DNA of 64,000 bases from Auanema rhodensis (lineage: Eukaryota > Animalia > Nematoda): positions 4,030,001 through 4,094,000 of the forward strand of contig OZ059900.1 of the NCBI GenBank assembly GCA_964057225.1, given 5' to 3'. Shown here piece by piece: positions 53,214-64,000 of the stretch; within the stretch, counting starts at the first letter, position 1; the number at the start of each line of letters is the position of its first letter. The notes beneath the pieces were generated by a model. The model saw only the letters and a list, made by a program, of their open reading frames with translations, ran no database searches and was not told the DNA's origin. Made by a program: the position numbers and the translations under genes.

Positions 53214-55691
53214 CGCAATAGAGAATCCATTATTTCTTACTAAACAATATAAATATCGAGAAGTAGAATAATTTTTTTTTCCCAATTCACCAAAAAAATT
53301 AAGAAAGTTGAAAAATCACACAGAAACGACACATTATAGAAAATATTCACATTTTTCAATGTGAACAAGTAAAATTGCAGATAACGAAAATTATTGTAAA
53401 AATTTTCTCCTGCTACCTTACGATTGTGATATCGTTTCGGTGAATAGTGTAACAATCTTCAGATATTATTTCATAATGTTTATATTCCGATGAAACATTC
53501 CAGTAAAAATTTTATGTAAAATACTTTTCCTGCAAAAATACACCTACAAACTACTTTTCCTGCAAAATTACACGAAAAAAAATTTTTCCTGCAAAAATAC
53601 ACAAAGAAAAAGTTTTCATGTATAAATACACGAAAAATAATTTTTCCTGCAAAAATACACAAAGAAAAAGTTTTCATGTATAAATACACAAAGAAAAAGT
53701 TTTCATGTATAAATACACGAAGAAACTACTTTTCCTGCAAAAATACACAAAGAAAAAGTTTTCATGTATAAATACACGAAAAATAATTTTTCCTGCAAAA
53801 ATACACAAAGAAAAAGTTTTCATGTATAAATACACAAAGAAAAAGTTTTCATGTATAAATACACGAAGAAACTACTTTTCCTGCAAAAATACACAAAGAA
53901 AAAGTTTTCATGTATAAATACACGAAAAAAAGTTTTTCCTGCAAAAATACACGAAGAAACTACTTTTACCGCAAAAATACACGAAGAAACTACTTTTCCT
54001 GCAAAAATACACCTACAAATTACATTTCCTGCAAAAATACACGAAAAAAAATTTTTCCTGCAAAAATACACAAAGAAAAAGTTTTCATGTATAAACACAC
54101 GAAAAAAAATTTTTCCTGCAAAAATACACGAAGAAACTACTTTTCTTGCAAAAATACACAAAGAAAAAGTTTTCCTGCAAATATACACGAAAAAAAATTT
54201 TTCCTGCAAAAATACACGAAAAAAAATTTTTCCTGCAAAAATACACGAAAAAAAATTTTTCCTACAAAAATACACAAAAAAAAATTTTTCCCTGCAAAAA
54301 TTCTGAAAAAAAATTTTTCCCTTGTAAAAATTCACTAAAAAATTTTTCTCCCTGCAAAAATGCGAAAAAAAAAAATTTATTCAGAAATACTTCCCCGAAG
54401 ACATATGGTATCAAAATTTCGTTCCTCTCTCATTTACTTGATTGATTCTGTCAGCGCTGTATGCTCAAGTAAAAGATTAAGCCATGCATGTATAAAGTTC
54501 ATCATTTTTGAGAAACTGCGATAGGCTCACAGCTCAGAGACCAAAAAAATTTCCAAGTCCAAAAAAAATTTTTTTTTCAACATGTTTTCACGATACTCTC
54601 AAAACATTTTTTACACATTTTTAAAGAGTTTTAACATTGGAATTGAGAAACAAAATTTTTTTTTTACTTGATTGATTCTGTCAGCGCTGTAGCTTTCGTC
54701 AAGGATTAAGCCATGCCAACCGCTCACCGACCACAAAAAAATTTTTTTCACGTACTTGATTGATTCTGTCAGCGCTGTATGCTCAAGTAAAAGATTAAGC
54801 CATGCATGTATAAAGTTCATCATTTTTGAGAAACTGCGATAGGCTCACAGCTCAGAGACCAAAAAAATTTCCAAGTCCAAAAAAAATTTTTTTTTCAACA
54901 TGTTTTCACGATACTCTCAAAACATTTTTTACACATTTTTAAAGAGTTTTAACATTGGAATTGAGAAACAAAATTTTTTTTTTACTTGATTGATTCTGTC
55001 AGCGCTGTAGCTTTCGTCAAGGATTAAGCCATGCCAACCGCTCACCGACCACAAAAAAATTTTTTTCACGTACTTGATTGATTCTGTCAGCGCTGTATGC
55101 TCAAGTAAAAGATTAAGCCATGCATGTAGAAAGTTGAACTTTTTAAGCCAAACCGCCAACCGACCAAAAATTTTTTCTAGTCAAAAATTATGGAAATTTT
55201 TGAAAAAATATGCAAATTTTTTTTTTCAAAACTATTTTTCAGAGTAGTCTTATTCTATTTTCTGACTCTTTTTACATATTTTACACTATATATGAAATAT
55301 GTTTTGGAAAATTTCCCGATATGGCTTAATCCTTGAGGAAAGCTACAGCGCTGACAGAATCAATCAAGTAAAATTTGCCATTTTTATCAAAATTTTTGAT
55401 TTTTTAAATTAAAATTCTCGGGTGACCATTTATATGCGCTTTTTTTTGAAAAATGGTTCCAATATTCCAATAAAGTATACTTTTTCTTACAAATAAAGTA
55501 TACCTTTTCTTACAAATAAAGTATACCTTTTTTAAAATAAGGTATCAATATTGCTATCGCTATATACAATCAATAAAACGTTATTTGAAACAAGAATAAG
55601 GTATACTTTCAGGTATAAAACAAAACATCCAATCAAAGGATAGTCTCAACAGATCGCAGTTTATAAAGACTGCTCTACTGGATACAACACC

Positions 55692-56535
55692 TACGAATGC
55701 CCCCGAATCGTCCCTATTAATCATTAATTCGACTCTCAAACCAATAAATAGAACCGAAGTCCTCTTTTATTATTCCATGATAGCACATACAAGCAATCGC
55801 TTGCTTTGAGCGCTTTGATTTATTCAAAGTAAATCCGAGCCAGTATACACACCGAAGTACATACACAAAACCGACAAAATAGACACATCTATGATTACCG
55901 GCAAGCCGTATCACAGAAAATGCCTCAGATCCAACTACGAGCTTTTTAACTACAGCAATAACGTTTTACACTAGTGGAGCTGGAATTACCGCGGCTGCTG
56001 GCACCAGACTTGCCCTCCACTGGGTCCTTGTAGAGCTATTTAAGCTCAGCTCAGTGAAATAATCAATCTAAAAAGATTGATCTTTTTATTTTTAGTTACT
56101 ATCTCACTGAAGTAGTGGATAAGTTACGCGCCTGCTGCCTTCCTTGGATGTGGTAGCCGTTTCTAAGGCTCCCTCTCCGGAGTCGAACCCTAATTCTCCG
56201 TTACCCGTGATCACCATGGTAAAACTCTATATTACCATCAGGTTGATAGGGCAAACATTAATCTCGAAAAAAGACAGTAAAACCGTCGATTAACTGGGTT
56301 ATTCAGAGTCAACAAACATTAAATTGGTTTGTACTAATAACTGCGTTGAACTTGGGAAGAAGAACAACTATTAAGCATGTATTAGCTCCAGAATTACCAC
56401 AGTTATCCATAGAAATCGAGAAAAATCATATCTGCTCTAATGAGCCGTTCGCAGTTTCTCAAAAATAATGAACTTTATACATGCATGGCTTAATCTTTTA
56501 CTTGAGCATACAGCGCTGACAGAATCAATCAGATT
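55692..56535 (-). rRNA. 18S: Truncated 18S rRNA, unit 18
   Basis: Near-identical to unit 1 (offset 54162). Confidence 0.97.
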
Positions 56536-56819
56536 CGCAATAGAGAATCCATTATTTCTTACTAAACAATATAAATATCGAGAAGTAGAATAATTTTTTT
56601 TTCCCAATTAACCAAAAAAATTAAGAAAGTTGAAAAATCACACAGAAACGACACATTATAGAAAATATTCACATTTTTCAATGTGAACAAGTAAAATTGC
56701 AGATAACGAAAATTATTGTAAAAATTTTCTCCTGCTACCTTACGATTGTGATATCGTTTCGGTGAATAGTGTAACAATCTTCAGATATTATTTCATAATG
56801 TTTATATTCCGATGAAACA

Positions 56820-58406
56820 TTCCAGTAAAAATTTTATGTAAAATACTTTTCCTGCAAAAATACACCTACAAACTACTTTTCCTGCAAAATTACACGAAAA
56901 AAAATTTTTCCTGCAAAAATACACAAAGAAAAAGTTTTCATGTATAAATACACGAAAAATAATTTTTCCTGCAAAAATACACAAAGAAAAAGTTTTCATG
57001 TATAAATACACAAAGAAAAAGTTTTCATGTATAAATACACGAAGAAACTACTTTTCCTGCAAAAATACACAAAGAAAAAGTTTTCATGTATAAATACACG
57101 AAAAATAATTTTTCCTGCAAAAATACACAAAGAAAAAGTTTTCATGTATAAATACACAAAGAAAAAGTTTTCATGTATAAATACACGAAGAAACTACTTT
57201 TCCTGCAAAAATACACAAAGAAAAAGTTTTCATGTATAAATACACGAAAAAAAGTTTTTCCTGCAAAAATACACGAAGAAACTACTTTTACCGCAAAAAT
57301 ACACGAAGAAACTACTTTTCCTGCAAAAATACACCTACAAATTACATTTCCTGCAAAAATACACGAAAAAAAATTTTTCCTGCAAAAATACACAAAGAAA
57401 AAGTTTTCATGTATAAACACACGAAAAAAAAATTTTCCTGCAAAAATACACGAAGAAACTACTTTTCTTGCAAAAATACACAAAAAAAAATTTTTCCTGC
57501 AAAAATACACGAAAAAAAATTTTTCCTGCAAAAATACACGAAGAAACTACTTTTCCTGCAAAAATACACGAAAAAAATTTTTCCTGCAAAAATACACGAA
57601 GAAACTACTTTTCCAGTAAAAATTTTATGTAAAATACTTTTCCTGCAAAAATACACCTACAAACTACTTTTCCTGCAAAATTACACGAAAAAAAATTTTT
57701 CCTGCAAAAATACACAAAGAAAAAGTTTTCATGTATAAATACACGAAGAAACTACTTTTCCTGCAAAAATACACAAAGAAAAAGTTTTCATGTATAAATA
57801 CACGAAAAAAAATTTTTCCTGCAAAAATACACGAAGAAACTACTTTTACCGCAAAAATACACGAAGAAACTACTTTTCCTGCAAAAATACACCTACAAAT
57901 TACATTTCCTGCAAAAATACACGAAAAAAAATTTTTCCTGCAAAAATACACAAAGAAAAAGTTTTCATGTATAAACACACGAAAAAAAATTTTTCCTGCA
58001 AAAATACACGAAGAAACTACTTTTCTTGCAAAAATACACAAAGAAAAAGTTTTCCTGCAAATATACACGAAAAAAAATTTTTCCTGCAAAAATACACAAA
58101 GAAAAAGTTTTTCCTGCAAAAATACACGAAGAAACTACTTTTCCTGCAAAAATACACTAAGAAAAAGTTTTCATGTATAAATACACGAAAAAAAAATTTT
58201 CCTGCAAAAATACACGAAGAAACTACTTTTCCCGCAAAAATACACGAAAAAAATTTTTTCCTGCAAAAATACACGAAAAAAAATTTTTCCTACAAAAATA
58301 CACAAAAAAAAATTTTTCCCTGCAAAAATTCTAAAAAAAAATTTTTCCCTTGTAAAAATTCACTAAAAAATTTTTCTCCCTGCAAAAATGCGAAAAAAAA
58401 AAATTT
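56820..58406. repeat. 29/30-bp minisatellite, long block (~1.59 kb) with internal restart
   Basis: About 54 monomers; the block-start monomer reappears at 57609-57637. Confidence 0.96.
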
Positions 58407-59401
58407 ATTCAGAAATACTTCCCCGAAGACATATGGTATCAAAATTTCGTTCCTCTCTCATTTACTTGATTGATTCTGTCAGCGCTGTATGCTCAAGTAA
58501 AAGATTAAGCCATGCATGTATAAAGTTCATCATTTTTGAGAAACTGCGATAGGCTCACAGCTCAGAGACCAAAAAAATTTCCAAGTCCAAAAAAAATTTT
58601 TTTTTCAACATGTTTTCACGATACTCTCAAAACATTTTTTACACATTTTTAAAGAGTTTTAACATTGGAATTGAGAAACAAAATTTTTTTTTTACTTGAT
58701 TGATTCTGTCAGCGCTGTAGCTTTCGTCAAGGATTAAGCCATGCCAACCGCTCACCGACCACAAAAAAATTTTTTTCACGTACTTGATTGATTCTGTCAG
58801 CGCTGTATGCTCAAGTAAAAGATTAAGCCATGCATGTAGAAAGTTGAACTTTTTAAGCCAAACCGCCAACCGACCAAAAATTTTTTCTAGTCAAAAATTA
58901 TGGAAATTTTTGAAAAAATATGCAAATTTTTTTTTTCAAAACTATTTTTCAGAGTAGTCTTATTCTATTTTCTGACTCTTTTTACATATTTTACACTATA
59001 TATGAAATATGTTTTGGAAAATTTCCCGATATGGCTTAATCCTTGAGGAAAGCTACAGCGCTGACAGAATCAATCAAGTAAAATTTGCCATTTTTATCAA
59101 AATTTTTGATTTTTTAAATTAAAATTCTCGGGTGACCATTTATATGCGCTTTTTTTTGAAAAATGGTTCCAATATTCCAATAAAGTATACTTTTTCTTAC
59201 AAATAAAGTATACCTTTTCTTACAAATAAAGTATACCTTTTTTAAAATAAGGTATCAATATTGCTATCGCTATATACAATCAATAAAACGTTATTTGAAA
59301 CAAGAATAAGGTATACTTTCAGGTATAAAACAAAACATCCAATCAAAGGATAGTCTCAACAGATCGCAGTTTATAAAGACTGCTCTACTGGATACAACAC
59401 C

Positions 59402-60245
59402 TACGAATGCCCCCGAATCGTCCCTATTAATCATTAATTCGACTCTCAAACCAATAAATAGAACCGAAGTCCTCTTTTATTATTCCATGATAGCACATAC
59501 AAGCAATCGCTTGCTTTGAGCGCTTTGATTTATTCAAAGTAAACCCGAGCCAGTATACACACCGAAGTACATACACAAAACCGACAAAATAGACACATCT
59601 ATGATTACCGGCAAGCCGTATCACAGAAAATGCCTCAGATCCAACTACGAGCTTTTTAACTACAGCAATAACGTTTTACACTAGTGGAGCTGGAATTACC
59701 GCGGCTGCTGGCACCAGACTTGCCCTCCACTGGGTCCTTGTAGAGCTATTTAAGCTCAGCTCAGTGAAATAATCAATCTAAAAAGATTGATCTTTTTATT
59801 TTTAGTTACTATCTCACTGAAGTAGTGGATAAGTTACGCGCCTGCTGCCTTCCTTGGATGTGGTAGCCGTTTCTAAGGCTCCCTCTCCGGAGTCGAACCC
59901 TAATTCTCCGTTACCCGTGATCACCATGGTAAAACTCTATATTACCATCAGGTTGATAGGGCAAACATTAATCTCGAAAAAAGACAGTAAAACCGTCGAT
60001 TAACTGGGTTATTCAGAGTCAACAAACATTAAATTGGTTTGTACTAATAACTGCGTTGAACTTGGGAAGAAGAACAACTATTAAGCATGTATTAGCTCCA
60101 GAATTACCACAGTTATCCATAGAAATCGAGAAAAATCATATCTGCTCTAATGAGCCGTTCGCAGTTTCTCAAAAATAATGAACTTTATACATGCATGGCT
60201 TAATCTTTTACTTGAGCATACAGCGCTGACAGAATCAATCAGATT
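59402..60245 (-). rRNA. 18S: Truncated 18S rRNA, unit 19
   Basis: Near-identical to unit 1 (offset 57872). Confidence 0.97.
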
Positions 60246-62723
60246 CGCAATAGAGAATCCATTATTTCTTACTAAACAATATAAATATCGAGAAGTAGAA
60301 TAATTTTTTTTTCCCAATTCACCAAAAAAATTAAGAAAGTTGAAAAATCACACAGAAACGACACATTATAGAAAATATTCACATTTTTCAATGTGAACAA
60401 GTAAAATTGCAGATAACGAAAATTATTGTAAAAATTTTCTCCTGCTACCTTACGATTGTGATATCGTTTCGGTGAATAGTGTAACAATCTTCAGATATTA
60501 TTTCATAATGTTTATATTCCGATGAAACATTCCAGTAAAAATTTTATGTAAAATACTTTTCCTGCAAAAATACACCTACAAACTACTTTTCCTGCAAAAT
60601 TACACGAAAAAAAATTTTTCCTGCAAAAATACACAAAGAAAAAGTTTTCATGTATAAATACACGAAAAATAATTTTTCCTGCAAAAATACACAAAGAAAA
60701 AGTTTTCATGTATAAATACACAAAGAAAAAGTTTTCATGTATAAATACACGAAGAAACTACTTTTCCTGCAAAAATACACAAAGAAAAAGTTTTCATGTA
60801 TAAATACACGAAAAATAATTTTTCCTGCAAAAATACACAAAGAAAAAGTTTTCATGTATAAATACACAAAGAAAAAGTTTTCATGTATAAATACACGAAG
60901 AAACTACTTTTCCTGCAAAAATACACAAAGAAAAAGTTTTCATGTATAAATACACGAAAAAAAGTTTTTCCTGCAAAAATACACGAAGAAACTACTTTTA
61001 CCGCAAAAATACACGAAGAAACTACTTTTCCTGCAAAAATACACCTACAAATTACATTTCCTGCAAAAATACACGAAAAAAAATTTTTCCTGCAAAAATA
61101 CACAAAGAAAAAGTTTTCATGTATAAACACACGAAAAAAAATTTTTCCTGCAAAAATACACGAAGAAACTACTTTTCTTGCAAAAATACACAAAGAAAAA
61201 GTTTTCCTGCAAATATACACGAAAAAAAATTTTTCCTGCAAAAATACACGAAAAAAAATTTTTCCTGCAAAAATACACGAAAAAAAATTTTTCCTACAAA
61301 AATACACAAAAAAAAATTTTTCCCTGCAAAAATTCTGAAAAAAAATTTTTCCCTTGTAAAAATTCACTAAAAAATTTTTCTCCCTGCAAAAATGCGAAAA
61401 AAAAAAATTTATTCAGAAATACTTCCCCGAAGACATATGGTATCAAAATTTCGTTCCTCTCTCATTTACTTGATTGATTCTGTCAGCGCTGTATGCTCAA
61501 GTAAAAGATTAAGCCATGCATGTATAAAGTTCATCATTTTTGAGAAACTGCGATAGGCTCACAGCTCAGAGACCAAAAAAATTTCCAAGTCCAAAAAAAA
61601 TTTTTTTTTCAACATGTTTTCACGATACTCTCAAAACATTTTTTACACATTTTTAAAGAGTTTTAACATTGGAATTGAGAAACAAAATTTTTTTTTTACT
61701 TGATTGATTCTGTCAGCGCTGTAGCTTTCGTCAAGGATTAAGCCATGCCAACCGCTCACCGACCACAAAAAAATTTTTTTCACGTACTTGATTGATTCTG
61801 TCAGCGCTGTATGCTCAAGTAAAAGATTAAGCCATGCATGTATAAAGTTCATCATTTTTGAGAAACTGCGATAGGCTCACAGCTCAGAGACCAAAAAAAT
61901 TTCCAAGTCCAAAAAAAATTTTTTTTTCAACATGTTTTCACGATACTCTCAAAACATTTTTTACACATTTTTAAAGAGTTTTAACATTGGAATTGAGAAA
62001 CAAAATTTTTTTTTTACTTGATTGATTCTGTCAGCGCTGTAGCTTTCGTCAAGGATTAAGCCATGCCAACCGCTCACCGACCACAAAAAATTTTTTTTCA
62101 CGTACTTGATTGATTCTGTCAGCGCTGTATGCTCAAGTAAAAGATTAAGCCATGCATGTAGAAAGTTGAACTTTTTAAGCCAAACCGCCAACCGACCAAA
62201 AATTTTTTCTAGTCAAAAATTATGGAAATTTTTGAAAAAATATGCAAATTTTTTTTTTCAAAACTATTTTTCAGAGTAGTCTTATTCTATTTTCTGACTC
62301 TTTTTACATATTTTACACTATATATGAAATATGTTTTGGAAAATTTCCCGATATGGCTTAATCCTTGAGGAAAGCTACAGCGCTGACAGAATCAATCAAG
62401 TAAAATTTGCCATTTTTATCAAAATTTTTGATTTTTTAAATTAAAATTCTCGGGTGACCATTTATATGCGCTTTTTTTTGAAAAATGGTTCCAATATTCC
62501 AATAAAGTATACTTTTTCTTACAAATAAAGTATACCTTTTCTTACAAATAAAGTATACCTTTTTTAAAATAAGGTATCAATATTGCTATCGCTATATACA
62601 ATCAATAAAACGTTATTTGAAACAAGAATAAGGTATACTTTCAGGTATAAAACAAAACATCCAATCAAAGGATAGTCTCAACAGATCGCAGTTTATAAAG
62701 ACTGCTCTACTGGATACAACACC

Positions 62724-63567
62724 TACGAATGCCCCCGAATCGTCCCTATTAATCATTAATTCGACTCTCAAACCAATAAATAGAACCGAAGTCCTCTTTT
62801 ATTATTCCATGATAGCACATACAAGCAATCGCTTGCTTTGAGCGCTTTGATTTATTCAAAGTAAATCCGAGCCAGTATACACACCGAAGTACATACACAA
62901 AACCGACAAAATAGACACATCTATGATTACCGGCAAGCCGTATCACAGAAAATGCCTCAGATCCAACTACGAGCTTTTTAACTACAGCAATAACGTTTTA
63001 CACTAGTGGAGCTGGAATTACCGCGGCTGCTGGCACCAGACTTGCCCTCCACTGGGTCCTTGTAGAGCTATTTAAGCTCAGCTCAGTGAAATAATCAATC
63101 TAAAAAGATTGATCTTTTTATTTTTAGTTACTATCTCACTGAAGTAGTGGATAAGTTACGCGCCTGCTGCCTTCCTTGGATGTGGTAGCCGTTTCTAAGG
63201 CTCCCTCTCCGGAGTCGAACCCTAATTCTCCGTTACCCGTGATCACCATGGTAAAACTCTATATTACCATCAGGTTGATAGGGCAAACATTAATCTCGAA
63301 AAAAGACAGTAAAACCGTCGATTAACTGGGTTATTCAGAGTCAACAAACATTAAATTGGTTTGTACTAATAACTGCGTTGAACTTGGGAAGAAGAACAAC
63401 TATTAAGCATGTATTAGCTCCAGAATTACCACAGTTATCCATAGAAATCGAGAAAAATCATATCTGCTCTAATGAGCCGTTCGCAGTTTCTCAAAAATAA
63501 TGAACTTTATACATGCATGGCTTAATCTTTTACTTGAGCATACAGCGCTGACAGAATCAATCAGATT
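62724..63567 (-). rRNA. 18S: Truncated 18S rRNA, unit 20
   Basis: Near-identical to unit 1 (offset 61194). Confidence 0.97.
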
Positions 63568-64000
63568 CGCAATAGAGAATCCATTATTTCTTACTAAACA
63601 ATATAAATATCGAGAAGTAGAATAATTTTTTTTTCCCAATTCACCAAAAAAATTAAGAAAGTTGAAAAATCACACAGAAACGACACATTATAGAAAATAT
63701 TCACATTTTTCAATGTGAACAAGTAAAATTGCAGATAACGAAAATTATTGTAAAAATTTTCTCCTGCTACCTTACGATTGTGATATCGTTTCGGTGAATA
63801 GTGTAACAATCTTCAGATATTATTTCATAATGTTTATATTCCGATGAAACATTCCAGTAAAAATTTTATGTAAAATACTTTTCCTGCAAAAATACACCTA
63901 CAAACTACTTTTCCTGCAAAATTACACGAAAAAAAATTTTTCCTGCAAAAATACACAAAGAAAAAGTTTTCATGTATAAATACACGAAAAATAATTTTTC

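Larger units (their letters stand above)
1..64000. repeat. rDNA-derived macrosatellite: tandem array of 20 head-to-tail units, continuing past both window edges
   Basis: Identical landmark recurs at 1555, 5825, 8830, 11835, 15273, 18278, 21512, 24746, 28068, 31043, 34048, 37053, 40058, 43063, 46068, 49073, 52395, 55717, 59427 and 62749. Periods are 4270, 3005, 3005, 3438, 3005, 3234, 3234, 3322, 2975, 6x3005, 3322, 3322, 3710 and 3322. Only a few SNPs separate units. Confidence 0.99.

Overview
The whole 64 kb is one eukaryotic tandem array of 20 near-identical ~3.0-4.3 kb units (modal period 3005 bp), with no credible protein-coding gene. Read on the minus strand, each unit is an internally deleted 'mini-rDNA'. 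It has ~285 bp of ETS-like DNA, then the first ~844 nt of an 18S rRNA gene fused directly to the last ~72 nt of the 28S/26S rRNA gene, then a 3'-ETS with 23-bp palindromic repeats. The 3' half of 18S, ITS1, 5.8S, ITS2 and almost all of 28S are missing. The 18S signatures (TGATTGATTCTGTCAGCG, GCTCAAGTAAAAGATTAAGCC, AACTTATCCACT) resemble rhabditid (Clade V) nematode rDNA as I recall it; this was not searched. Downstream of the fused gene lies a cassette of four short copies of the extreme 18S 5' end (three inverted, one direct). All four begin at mature nt 1 and share an invariant 27-bp core, forming nested inverted repeats with each other and with the main copy. Units are separated by a 29/30-bp A-tract minisatellite of variable length. 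Seven units carry a 318-bp duplication of the cassette. The rDNA-derived macrosatellite with its built-in anti-18S inverted repeats is the most notable system; its function (hairpin/siRNA source, protein-binding array, germline-restricted DNA) is inference only.
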